In this document: positions 17,189 through 26,642 of the stretch, piece after piece
Layout: each line of letters opens with the position of its first letter
Position numbering within the stretch: position 1 is the first letter of the stretch
NCBI GenBank assembly: GCA_963666275.2
Contig: CAXXOA010000001.1
Coordinates: forward strand, 2,464,001 to 2,528,000
Direction: 5' to 3'
DNA from: Oceanispirochaeta sp.
GTDB taxonomy: Bacteria; Spirochaetota; Spirochaetia; DSM-2461
Length of the DNA: 64,000 nucleotides
Program-made: the position numbers and the translations under genes
The notes under the pieces: model-generated
What the model was told of the DNA's origin: nothing
Database searches by the model: none
The model's input: only the letters and a program-made list of their open reading frames with translations

Positions 17189-17874
17189 GGATACTGATTG
17201 TAGAAGACGACCCTATGGTAGGTCAGATCAACAGCCGTTTTGCCGGTAAAATTCCCTTTGTCACTCAGGTGGATGTAGTGACAAGCCCCGCTGAGGCAGA
17301 GACATTCCTGGAGGAGAACTCCTGTGATCTGCTGCTCCTTGATGTGTACTTCCCCGACGGGAGAGGACCGGAGCTGCTGAAGTGGATCCGTAACAGGGAG
17401 ATCCCGGTACAGGTCATTTTCATTACCGCAGACAACAGCCAGGAGACTGTGGAAAAGGCTTTTCACCTGGGCGCACTGGACTACCTTGTGAAACCCTTCA
17501 CTTTCGACAGATTCAGAAAAGCCATTGAAGAAGCAAGAGACAGGATTGCCAAACTGAGCGGCACGGGAAAGTTTGACCAGGACAGACTGGATCATTTCAT
17601 TTACGGCGAAGTTCCGGAGGAGAGAGCCCTGGAGGAACCCTTTGTCCTGGACAAGGGCATGAGCTACAAAACCTATGAAATGGTACGGCGGAAAATAGAG
17701 CAGACAAAAGGGGCTTTTACGGCAGATGAAATGGGAGAGGCCCTGGGAATTGCCAGAGTCACCATACGGCGCTATCTGGACTTTATGGAAAAACAGGAGA
17801 TACTGGAAGTGAATCTCCAGTATGGAAAAATCGGCAGACCCCAGCACTATTACAGACTGAAAGGATCGGAATGA
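17185..17874 (+). CDS. CitB/DcuR/DctR-family response regulator
   Basis: VEDDPMV, LLLDVYFPD, ITA, DYLVKPF, ARVTIRRYLDF, YGKIGRP. Confidence 0.93.
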   Translation: MRILIVEDDPMVGQINSRFAGKIPFVTQVDVVTSPAEAETFLEENSCDLLLLDVYFPDGRGPELLKWIRNREIPVQVIFITADNSQETVEKAFHLGALDYLVKPFTFDRFRKAIEEARDRIAKLSGTGKFDQDRLDHFIYGEVPEERALEEPFVLDKGMSYKTYEMVRRKIEQTKGAFTADEMGEALGIARVTIRRYLDFMEKQEILEVNLQYGKIGRPQHYYRLKGSE

Positions 17875-19259
17875 AAATACTGACAGGCCTTTTTACAGCT
17901 GTGATTCTTCTCTTTGCTCTGATTGTCTCTCCCATGTATATTTCCGAAAAAACAGATGTGGTGATCATCGGAGCCGGCGCCGCGGGGATGCGGGCGGCCC
18001 TGGAGAGCAGAGAACACACACAGAAGGTGATTCTCCTTGAAAAAATGCCCTACCCCGGCGGAAACAGCAACAGAGCGACGGCCGGACTGAATGCCCTCCC
18101 CTTTCCTGATGACAGGGACGCCTTCTTCCGGGATACCAGAGAGGCCGGCCTGAATCACGGCGATCCGGATCTTGTCAGGATACTGGTAGACAGAAGCGGA
18201 GAGGAACTGGGCTGGCTCCGCAGCATTGGGGCGGACCTTTCGGATCTCGGGCTTCTGGCCGGCCACAGCAGAAACCGGACCTACAGGCCCTCGGGAGGCC
18301 TGCCTGTCGGCCGGGAGATCAGCTCTGTTCTTTTTGACAATATCCGGAAAAGAGGCATGGACCTGAGACTGGAAAACCGAGCCCTCTCTCTGGAATACAA
18401 GGGGAAGAATATCCTTGTGACTGTTGAGAACAGGAGCGGCCGGGAGTACCGTATCAAAGCCCGGTCGGTTGTGATTGCCACAGGCGGTTTCGGTGGAAAT
18501 CCCAGGCTTGTCACAAGGGTAAACCCCGCTCTAAAGGGGTTTAACACAACCAACAGCGCCGGCGCCACGGGAGATTTCCTGGAATTAACAGAAAAACTGG
18601 ACCCTCTGCTGGTGGATCTCGGCGAAATCCAGACCCATCCGACTGTGGAACCTGATTTCAGCATCCTCATCACCGAAGCCCTCCGGGGAAACGGCGGGAT
18701 ACTGATCAACAGCAAAGGGCAGCGCTTTACCAATGAAATGGCCTTCCGGGAGGCCCTGAGCCGGAGCATCCTCTCCCAGAAAGGGGGAACGGCCTGGCTG
18801 ATTTTTGATCAGGAGATCCGAAACAGTCTCAAGTCTTCGGAGTACTATTTTCAGAGAGAACTGGTGCGTTCAGGCAGTTCCCTGGCGGAACTGACGGAAA
18901 CACTCTCCCTGCCTCCTCTGATGCTGGAAAAGGAAATAGCCCTCTGGAACCGGATTGTCCTTCAGGGAGAAGAGGATCCCTACGGCAGACAAGACCTTTT
19001 CCGCCCCCTGAACAGCCCACCCTACTATGCGATAAAAGTGACTCCCGGCATCCATTACTGCATGGGAGGACTGGGAATAGACACGAAATCGCGGGTTCTG
19101 GACCGGACAGGAACTCCTCTCCCCGGTCTCTTCGCAGCAGGCGAGGCCACAGGGGGCATACACGGCCGGGACAGGCTGGGAGGCAATTCTCTGACAGATA
19201 CCATGGTATTCGGCAGGATCGCCGGTTACGAAGCGGCTCTTTACAGTCAAAGCCGCTAG
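17871..19259 (+). CDS. Second flavocytochrome-c/fumarate-reductase-like flavoprotein, N-terminal membrane anchor, no FMN-binding domain
   Basis: Hydrophobic N-terminus without a lipobox Cys; IIGAGAAG, QTHPT, TEALRG, EMAFRE, IHYCMGG, GRDRLGG. ATGA overlap with the response regulator. Confidence 0.88.
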   Translation: MKILTGLFTAVILLFALIVSPMYISEKTDVVIIGAGAAGMRAALESREHTQKVILLEKMPYPGGNSNRATAGLNALPFPDDRDAFFRDTREAGLNHGDPDLVRILVDRSGEELGWLRSIGADLSDLGLLAGHSRNRTYRPSGGLPVGREISSVLFDNIRKRGMDLRLENRALSLEYKGKNILVTVENRSGREYRIKARSVVIATGGFGGNPRLVTRVNPALKGFNTTNSAGATGDFLELTEKLDPLLVDLGEIQTHPTVEPDFSILITEALRGNGGILINSKGQRFTNEMAFREALSRSILSQKGGTAWLIFDQEIRNSLKSSEYYFQRELVRSGSSLAELTETLSLPPLMLEKEIALWNRIVLQGEEDPYGRQDLFRPLNSPPYYAIKVTPGIHYCMGGLGIDTKSRVLDRTGTPLPGLFAAGEATGGIHGRDRLGGNSLTDTMVFGRIAGYEAALYSQSR

Positions 19260-19262
19260 GTT

Positions 19263-20981
19263 CTACCGGGACCTGAGGAGATCCACAATATCCGGATGCC
19301 CCTGAGCTGCGGCAAAATCTTCCGCCCGGTTTCCCCTCTGATCCTTCAATCTCGCATCAGCGCCCGCCTCCAGAAGAATCCCGACGGTTCCTGCAAATCC
19401 CCTGGCAGCGGCTTTCATCAGGGGAGTGATCCCCTGAAAGTCCGCTCGATCGGGATCAGAGAGAGATCCCAGAACCAGCGAAAGGCTCCGGGGATCCGGC
19501 TCCTCCCACCCTGATGCCATAAGATAGAGGGGGGACTCCCCTTTTCCGTTCAGAGCGTCCACATCAGCACCCGTGGCGATCAGAAGCTCCAGTGCTTCCA
19601 GAGGGGCTCTGTTCCTCGCTGCCCAGTGAAAGGCGGTCCATCCGTCCTGATCCGCCAGATTCGGGTCGGATCCGGCGGCCAGGAGCTGCCGGAATATGGA
19701 GCTGGATCCGGACCAGGCCGCCACATGAAGGGCGGTCCATCCTTCGGGAGTCCTGTAAAAAGGATCCGCTCCGCCGACCAGAAGAGCCCCTACCATATCT
19801 GGAAAACTGCAGGCGGCAGCCTTCATCAGGGGGGACCAGGAGTTTTCATCCTCTGCGTTTATATCTGCTCCTGCCTCCACAAGTCGGGTGATCATCACCG
19901 TATCCTCTCCCCACCGGGCTGTTTCATGAAGACTGAGATTCAGATCCGAATGAGGAACCGCGTCGGCAGGATACACCCGGCGGGACAGGGCACGGAGGCC
20001 CGCCGGGTCCAGGGGCAGATCCCGGGAGGCGAGATATTCCCTGAAATAGGAATCCAGGGGGCGTCCCAGACCGTCCCGGACCCTTCCGTCCTCCAGAAAT
20101 CGGCTCAGGTATTCCACAACCTTCGGGGTATTGTTCCAGTGAAGGGCCGCCATGAGGGGTATCCAGCCATCCTTGTCAGGCCCCGAAGGAGACGCCCCTC
20201 TGTCAATGAGAAAGCGGATCATTGACAGATCCTGTCTGTAGGCGGCGCTCCACAGAAGCAGGGAGGAGCCGTAACTGTCCCGGCTGTTAATACCCATCCC
20301 CTGATCCAGAAGAACCTGCACGGCGTCCGCTCCTCCTCCGAAAAGGACCGTATAGAACAGGGCATTCCACCCGTCAAAATCCCGGGCTTCCGGATCGGCC
20401 CCATAGGCCAGGAGGAGCTTCATTTTCCGCGGGCCCTCTTCCAGAGAGCCCGCCCTCATAAGGGGAGTGATCCCGTAGGGTTCGGTAAGTTCCGTCTCCG
20501 CCCCTCTGGAAAGGAGCAGTTCCGTGGCTCCGGGAGAGTGGTAGACACACCTTGTCAGGAGAGGCACCCCTTCCGGATCGATCATATCGGGGGAGTATCC
20601 CTGATCCAGGAGGATTTCAAGGAGAGGAAGGGCCTTCTCCTCCTGATGGGTCAGAGCAAAAAAAGGCATATAGCGGTTAAACTGCTCCAGCCCCTGCTGA
20701 AAGGCTTGCCCTTCGGGAACATATCCCAGCAGAAGCTCCAGAATCTGAGGATGCCCCCCGATCACTGCCAGATGGCAGGACGAGAGGCCCTCATCATTGA
20801 GAAGAAGAGGGTCTGCTCCCTCCTCAAGCGCCTCCCGGAGGATATCCATCCGGGGAGTACGGCCTGTAAACAGAGCCAGTTCCCCGAACAGAACAGACTG
20901 GGGATCTTCTGTTACCGAAGCGGGTTCTGCCTGAAGGGGCAGCAGGGGCAGTAAAAAGAGGAGATAAAAAAAACCTTTCAT
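19263..20981 (-). CDS. Exported ankyrin-repeat protein
   Basis: Signal peptide (LPLQA-E) and many G-x-T/P-L-x-x-A...LL..GAD.N repeats. Confidence 0.9.
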   Translation of the reverse strand: MKGFFYLLFLLPLLPLQAEPASVTEDPQSVLFGELALFTGRTPRMDILREALEEGADPLLLNDEGLSSCHLAVIGGHPQILELLLGYVPEGQAFQQGLEQFNRYMPFFALTHQEEKALPLLEILLDQGYSPDMIDPEGVPLLTRCVYHSPGATELLLSRGAETELTEPYGITPLMRAGSLEEGPRKMKLLLAYGADPEARDFDGWNALFYTVLFGGGADAVQVLLDQGMGINSRDSYGSSLLLWSAAYRQDLSMIRFLIDRGASPSGPDKDGWIPLMAALHWNNTPKVVEYLSRFLEDGRVRDGLGRPLDSYFREYLASRDLPLDPAGLRALSRRVYPADAVPHSDLNLSLHETARWGEDTVMITRLVEAGADINAEDENSWSPLMKAAACSFPDMVGALLVGGADPFYRTPEGWTALHVAAWSGSSSIFRQLLAAGSDPNLADQDGWTAFHWAARNRAPLEALELLIATGADVDALNGKGESPLYLMASGWEEPDPRSLSLVLGSLSDPDRADFQGITPLMKAAARGFAGTVGILLEAGADARLKDQRGNRAEDFAAAQGHPDIVDLLRSR

Positions 20982-21029
20982 GAATATAATTATCCATAAA
21001 AGGTTTTCAAATGGGAAATGAATTTTTCC

Positions 21030-21055
21030 CTTCTTTCCGGATTACCGGAAAGAAG
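21030..21055. other. Perfect inverted repeat (stem-loop) downstream of trxA
   Basis: CTTCTTTCCGG-ATTA-CCGGAAAGAAG. Confidence 0.6.
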
Positions 21056-21069
21056 AAGGGGCCCCGGGA

Positions 21070-21426
21070 TTATTCCACGCCCAGAACGTCTTTCATGGCC
21101 GATACAAAAGCATCTTTGGGAAGGGCTCCCTGAGCCATCTGAGGTTTGCCTTCTTTGGGAACAAACAGAATGGAGGGAATACTCTGGATACCGAACGCTC
21201 CGGCCAGTTCCTGCTCCGCTTCCGTGTCGATCTTGTAGACATTCATTTTGCCCTTATACTCTTCTCCCAGTTCCTCCAGGATGGGTGCAACCATTTTGCA
21301 TGGTCCGCACCAGTCAGCATAAAAGTCTATGATACAGGGAAGTTCACCTTTGAAATTCCACTCTTTTTCATTTTCGAAATCAAACACTTTATCCAGAAAG
21401 TCCTGTTTTGTAAGATGTGCCGCCAT
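21070..21426 (-). CDS. trxA: Thioredoxin
   Basis: DFYADWCGPCK and IQSIP; AGGAGG SD. Confidence 0.95.
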   Translation of the reverse strand: MAAHLTKQDFLDKVFDFENEKEWNFKGELPCIIDFYADWCGPCKMVAPILEELGEEYKGKMNVYKIDTEAEQELAGAFGIQSIPSILFVPKEGKPQMAQGALPKDAFVSAMKDVLGVE

Positions 21427-21661
21427 TGTGGCCTCCTTGTTAATCTCTGTTCCTGTAATTTTCCTTGGATAAAATTACATATCATTTTTTATATATAAAC
21501 AAAATAACAATATTTTGCCCTTCGGTCAAAGGAAAATCTATAAAAAGTGTAAAACTTCAAAGGTCAGAATGCAAAAAACCTTTGAAAAAAATGAACAATC
21601 CCGGGGTGAGAAGTCTGTTTGATCGGTTGATTTTACCTCGGGATTTCGGCAGGATGTTTCT

Positions 21662-22099
21662 ATGGAAAGTCCTGTGATTCATGTTGCGGCGGGAGTCTGC
21701 CTCAGAGAGAGAAGAATCCTCATTACCCGCCGGTCTCCAAAGATGTCCGCTCCGGGTTTATGGGAGTTTCCAGGAGGCAAGGTGGAGCCGGGAGAGTCAC
21801 CCCGGGAGGCACTGATCCGCGAACTGAAAGAAGAGCTTTGCCTTGCCGCCGCGCCGGGAGTGAAACTGGGAGAGTCACGGATCCCTTTTAGATCGGGACA
21901 TCTCCGGATGGAGTGCTTCCATGTGGCACTTGAAAAAACAGAGGAACCAGTTCTTCTGGAGCATGACGGGATGAGCTGGATCACAACAGAGGATTTCGGG
22001 GCCTATCACTGGGGTCCTGCGGACGTACCTCTGGTAGAGGATCCTGCTTTTATTGAGAGAGTTAAAAGACTTTTACTGGAGGAAGGGAAAAAAATATGA
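21662..22099 (+). CDS. MutT/NudG-like NUDIX hydrolase
   Basis: WEFPGGKVEPGESPREALIRELKEEL Nudix box. Confidence 0.92.
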   Translation: MESPVIHVAAGVCLRERRILITRRSPKMSAPGLWEFPGGKVEPGESPREALIRELKEELCLAAAPGVKLGESRIPFRSGHLRMECFHVALEKTEEPVLLEHDGMSWITTEDFGAYHWGPADVPLVEDPAFIERVKRLLLEEGKKI

Positions 22100-23859
22100 G
22101 TAAAGAACTGCCCCGCTGGGAACTGTCCATGTATGAAAGTTATCAGGACAATGCCTACCTGAAAGACAGGGAGGAACTGAAAACCACCATTGAGAGCCTG
22201 AATGATCTGCTCACCGGAAGCCCCCTCTGGAAGACAGCGCCTCTGGAAGCCATAGAAAAGGCTCTGCCTCTGATCAACAGAAGCTTTGATCTCTACGAAA
22301 ACCTGGAATCCTATACCTACTGCCGGTATTCAACGGATACAAAAGACCAGAAAACCATGAATCAGCTGAACCAGCTGGAAGAGATAACCCTCCCCCTGAA
22401 AAATGCCATGGTGGAATTCAACAACAGACTGGCCGAATCCGGCACCTGCAAAGAGGACTGGAACCGGTCTGAAAATCTGAAGGGTTTTATATTTTTTCTC
22501 AATGAATCCCTGAAGGACCAGAAATTTCAGATGACCCCAGAGGAAGAGAACCTGGCGGCGGACCTTTCCCGCTCGGGCGGTTCCGCCTGGGGACGGCTGC
22601 AGGAGACCCTTTCATCCACCCTGAAAACCGAGTGGAAGCCCGGTGACTGGAAAACGGTTACCCAGCTCAGGCTGATGGCCAGCAATCCCAACAGGGAGAT
22701 CCGCCGGCAGGCCTGGGAAAAGGAACTCCGTTGCTGGGAGTCCGCGGAAACGGCCTTTGCTGCCTCTCTGAACGGTGTAAAAGGTTTTTCCGAGACCCTG
22801 AATAAACGCAGAGGATACAGCTCCACTCAGGAACGATCGGTCAGACAGGCCCGGATGGCTCCGGAAACTCTGGAAGCCATGATTGAAAGCATGAAGGAAA
22901 GCCTCCCCGACTTCAGAAGCTATATGAAGAAGAAAGCGGCTTTTATGAAACTGGACCGTCTCTCCTGGTTTGATATCATCGCTCCTCTGGAGGGAGAGAG
23001 CAGGCAGTGGAGCTGGGAGGAAACCCGTGAGTTTATTGAGCGGAATTTTGCCACCCTCAGCCCCGAGTATGCCGACTTTGCCCGGAAAGCCTTTGCCGAG
23101 AAGTGGATAGATGCCCCGCCGGCGGAAGGAAAAGTAGGAGGCGCCTACTGCATAAGCTTCCCCCTGCAGGAAGAGAGCCGCATCATGACCAACTTCGACG
23201 GCGCTTTCACTGATGTATCCACCATTGCCCATGAACTGGGTCACGGATGGCACCATGAGGTCCTGAAAAATGCTCCGGCACTTCACAGGGACTATCCAAT
23301 GACCCTGGCGGAAACAGCCTCTATCTTTTCGGAGATCCTTGTTTTTCAGGGATACTACAGAAATGCCGATGAAAACGAGAGAAAGGGACTCCTGGAAAGC
23401 AGCCTGAGCGATTCCAATCAGGTCATTACGGATATCCTCTCCCGCTTCCTCTTCGAAAAGGAACTGATGGAACGGAGAGCCGGCGGAGAACTTTCGGCGG
23501 AAGAACTGAAGGAGATGATGCTCCGGGCTCAGGAGGCAACCTACGGGGATGCCCTGCACCCGGAAGAGCGCCATCCCTGGATGTGGGCGGTCAAGGGTCA
23601 CTACTACAGTCAGGATCTTGGATTCTACAACTTCCCCTATGCCTTCGGCCTGCTCTTCGGTTGGGGTCTCTACAGCCTCTACGAGGAAATGGGCAGCGAG
23701 TTCGCCCCTCTGTACAGAAAAGTCCTTCAGATGACAGGCCGGGCCACCGCGGAGGAGTGCGCGGCGGCCGCAGGAATCGATATCACAGAAAAAGCCTTCT
23801 GGCAGCGGAGTCTGGGAATGATTAGCCGCCAGATTGAGGATTTTAAAAAGTTCAATTAA
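22096..23859 (+). CDS. pepF: M3 family oligoendopeptidase F
   Basis: GKVGGAYC, TIAHELGHGWH, LAETAS, FYNFPYAFG. Confidence 0.92.
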   Translation: MSKELPRWELSMYESYQDNAYLKDREELKTTIESLNDLLTGSPLWKTAPLEAIEKALPLINRSFDLYENLESYTYCRYSTDTKDQKTMNQLNQLEEITLPLKNAMVEFNNRLAESGTCKEDWNRSENLKGFIFFLNESLKDQKFQMTPEEENLAADLSRSGGSAWGRLQETLSSTLKTEWKPGDWKTVTQLRLMASNPNREIRRQAWEKELRCWESAETAFAASLNGVKGFSETLNKRRGYSSTQERSVRQARMAPETLEAMIESMKESLPDFRSYMKKKAAFMKLDRLSWFDIIAPLEGESRQWSWEETREFIERNFATLSPEYADFARKAFAEKWIDAPPAEGKVGGAYCISFPLQEESRIMTNFDGAFTDVSTIAHELGHGWHHEVLKNAPALHRDYPMTLAETASIFSEILVFQGYYRNADENERKGLLESSLSDSNQVITDILSRFLFEKELMERRAGGELSAEELKEMMLRAQEATYGDALHPEERHPWMWAVKGHYYSQDLGFYNFPYAFGLLFGWGLYSLYEEMGSEFAPLYRKVLQMTGRATAEECAAAAGIDITEKAFWQRSLGMISRQIEDFKKFN

Positions 23860-23876
23860 AAGGATTTAAAAAAGAC

Positions 23877-24584
23877 ATGTTAGTCATTGCCCATCGGGGA
23901 GCTTCCGCCTTTGCACCGGAAAACACGATCCCCGCATTCAAGAAAGCCCTGGAAATGGGAGCCTCTTCCATAGAGCTGGACGTGCACCTCAGCGCCGACG
24001 GGATCCCCGTGGTGATACACGATTTTTTTCTGGATAAAACAACAGACGGAACCGGTCTGGTCCGTTCGATGAACTGGCAGGACCTCCGCCGTCTTGATGC
24101 GGGCAGGAGCTTCCCTGCTCTCCCTGTGTGCCGGATCCCCTCCCTGGAAGAGGTACTCGCCCTGATTCCTCCTGAAATCACTCTGAATATAGAACTGAAG
24201 AGTATCTCTCTTTTCAGGGAGAACACAGCGGATAGGGTATTGAACATGCTGGAACAGGAGAAATCCTCCCGGCAGGTAGTCATATCCTCCTTCAACCACC
24301 GCTGCCTGCAGGAGGTGAGAGAAAGAGACAAAGAGATCAGACTGGGCATCCTGACAGCCTCGGACATGATCAATTTTACAGACTATACCGAATCCACAGG
24401 TCTGAATCCCTGGAGCCTCCACCCCGAAGCCTCGTATCTGACAAAAGAGTATGTGGACAGGGCGCATCAGATGGGATGGAAGGTGTTCTGCTGGACTGTG
24501 AATACAAAAGAGGCGGCCGCCCTTGTGGGGTCCACAGGAGCCGACGGATTCTTCTCGGATAATCCGGGACTGCTGGATCAGTAG
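23877..24584 (+). CDS. Glycerophosphodiester phosphodiesterase
   Basis: IAHRGAS..PENT, ELDVHLSADG, IHD, NIELK, ISSF, WTVN. Confidence 0.93.
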   Translation: MLVIAHRGASAFAPENTIPAFKKALEMGASSIELDVHLSADGIPVVIHDFFLDKTTDGTGLVRSMNWQDLRRLDAGRSFPALPVCRIPSLEEVLALIPPEITLNIELKSISLFRENTADRVLNMLEQEKSSRQVVISSFNHRCLQEVRERDKEIRLGILTASDMINFTDYTESTGLNPWSLHPEASYLTKEYVDRAHQMGWKVFCWTVNTKEAAALVGSTGADGFFSDNPGLLDQ

Positions 24585-25549
24585 CTGAATTCCAGAGCCG
24601 CTGAAACGGTGGATGCCGTGTAGCGGATTCCGGCTCCGCCGATATCCGGAGCATAGCGGATAAATCCGGAATCCGTCTCCCTCAGGATATAGACGTCCCC
24701 CACCGTTTCAAAAACCTCCTCCCATTCATAGGAGAGGGATAGGGAGAAATGCCGGGATGTTCTGTACCGGATTCCCGCGGTGAGGCCGAAAAAGCGGCCG
24801 TTTTCAAAAAAATCATAAAAGTGAAGATCCCGGAACAGATGGTGATCATAATCATCTGCGCTGACCATGGAGCTGTAAATCATGGTGAGGCTCCCCTGTA
24901 TAGCGTCTTTTTCCGCAGACAAACGCAGCCCTGTGTAGGGGATTCTGTAATTCACTTCATAATCAATTCCGTTCTCACCGGTGAGATAGGAGGGATCGTA
25001 GGAGCTGTAGGGGTAATCTATATCCTGCAGAATATCTGTCCAGGCCCAGTGTATCAATTTGAATCCGGCCAGGCCATCCAGAGAGAATCTGTAATTCCGG
25101 AAGACTCGGAGGGATGTGTTATAGTCGATCTGATAGGAATCTTTCAGATAAATATCGCTTAAAGACCAGTTTGTCCAGGTGGTAGTATCCGCATCGGGAT
25201 AGGAGTCGTAGAGCCAGTCATAATCATTCATCTCCCCGGTCTTATAGGTAAGACTTTTGGCAGCTGCCAGATTAAAAAACAGGAGATTCCCCATATTGAC
25301 TGAAACAGCGGCTCCCAGATTGACTGTATTGTTCAGCTCCCAGACCAGTTTACTCAGATAGGGGGTGTCGGATCCTGCGGAAGCCATAACAAGCTCATAA
25401 CTCCTGCCGTTCACCAGGGAAAAGACTGGGGAAGCTGTGAAACCGACACTCCTTCCCGGAGGCAGGAGTTCTCCCGCAGAGGCCTGCAGGGCGAAAGCAG
25501 AGGCTGAAAAAGCCAGGAGAAAGCACAGTATGGAAAGAAGCCTACGCAT
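24578..25549 (-). CDS. Omptin-family outer-membrane protease
   Basis: Signal peptide; SYELV, LSKLVW, GEMNDYDW (Asp pair), IDY...IPYTGL, DYDHHLFR (Asp/His dyad), GAGI; beta-barrel C-terminus ending in an aromatic residue (LEFSY). Confidence 0.8.
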   Translation of the reverse strand: MRRLLSILCFLLAFSASAFALQASAGELLPPGRSVGFTASPVFSLVNGRSYELVMASAGSDTPYLSKLVWELNNTVNLGAAVSVNMGNLLFFNLAAAKSLTYKTGEMNDYDWLYDSYPDADTTTWTNWSLSDIYLKDSYQIDYNTSLRVFRNYRFSLDGLAGFKLIHWAWTDILQDIDYPYSSYDPSYLTGENGIDYEVNYRIPYTGLRLSAEKDAIQGSLTMIYSSMVSADDYDHHLFRDLHFYDFFENGRFFGLTAGIRYRTSRHFSLSLSYEWEEVFETVGDVYILRETDSGFIRYAPDIGGAGIRYTASTVSAALEFSY

Positions 25550-25664
25550 AATCTAAGAATATATCTTTATTACCCGGAAAATACCAGTAACAGCCATTAT
25601 AACGCAAAGAGGCTGCCCCTATCGGAGCAGCCTGCTGTTATCTATTCAGGATTCAATAGATGGA

Positions 25665-26552
25665 TTATTCCATCCAGCTTTCCCAAACGTCCCGGTTGGC
25701 ATCTTTCCATTCCCGGGCGGCTTCAAGGGTATCTTTGTTTGAATCCGCAATATATACCATCAGAGGACCGATGGTTTCATTTGTCCAGTATACGTTGGAG
25801 AACAGTTTGGATACTTCAGGCAGATCTTCTTCCACACCTGCACGACCCAGGATAAAGATATCATTGGGTTCGAAAACAACGGGTCCGTCCTGCTCAAGGA
25901 TAACCAGGTCATAACGGCCGAACATGGAGTGGGGCTGCCATCCCATACCGACGATATACTCTCCGTCTTCAATAGCACCGTCAAGGGCTGCCATCATAGC
26001 GGGACCGGAAGAAGCCACAAGTTCAATTCCAGCTTCATCCAGACCGTAACCGGGGATCAGCTCCTCTGCGGTTTTGATCATCATTCCCGCACCGGCATCG
26101 ATACCTGTAATTTTTCCATCCAGTTTTTCAACAACTTCGGGCTTTGCCAGATCCGAAAGCTTGGTTACACCGTCATCAGCCATGTACTTGGGAATGATCA
26201 GACCGGTAATACCTTTGTCATAGATTTTTGCGATTTTAACTATATCAGTTCCTTCGGTGTATACACCGTGAAGGGTTGGAAGCCATCCTTCCATGAAAAA
26301 GTCCTGATCACCTTCAGCAACAGAAGAGATAGCGGGAGCCACATCAGCAGCTGTCAGATTGACTTCGTAACCGTATTCATCTTCCAGAACGGCGGCAAGA
26401 AAATGGGTCCAGGCAACGCCCTCTTCCCAGTTGGCATAGACAAGATTTACGGTCTTCTTTTCAGAACCGTCTTTCTGACCGTTAGCGAAGGCAAAAGTTG
26501 AAACAGCAGCCATCAAAAATACAAAAATTGAAGCTTTAAAAAAAGTTTTCAT
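25665..26552 (-). CDS. proX: Glycine betaine ABC transporter substrate-binding protein (ProX/OpuAC)
   Basis: YANWEEG, MEGWLP, ITGIDAGAG, GWQPH. ATG 26552 follows AAGGAG. Confidence 0.9.
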   Translation of the reverse strand: MKTFFKASIFVFLMAAVSTFAFANGQKDGSEKKTVNLVYANWEEGVAWTHFLAAVLEDEYGYEVNLTAADVAPAISSVAEGDQDFFMEGWLPTLHGVYTEGTDIVKIAKIYDKGITGLIIPKYMADDGVTKLSDLAKPEVVEKLDGKITGIDAGAGMMIKTAEELIPGYGLDEAGIELVASSGPAMMAALDGAIEDGEYIVGMGWQPHSMFGRYDLVILEQDGPVVFEPNDIFILGRAGVEEDLPEVSKLFSNVYWTNETIGPLMVYIADSNKDTLEAAREWKDANRDVWESWME

Positions 26553-26642
26553 TATATTTCTCCTTAAGAAATTATTTTTTACCGGATCTGGAGAACAACT
26601 CAACAGATCCGGGTTTATGTGCGAAATTATCTATCCCCTGAC

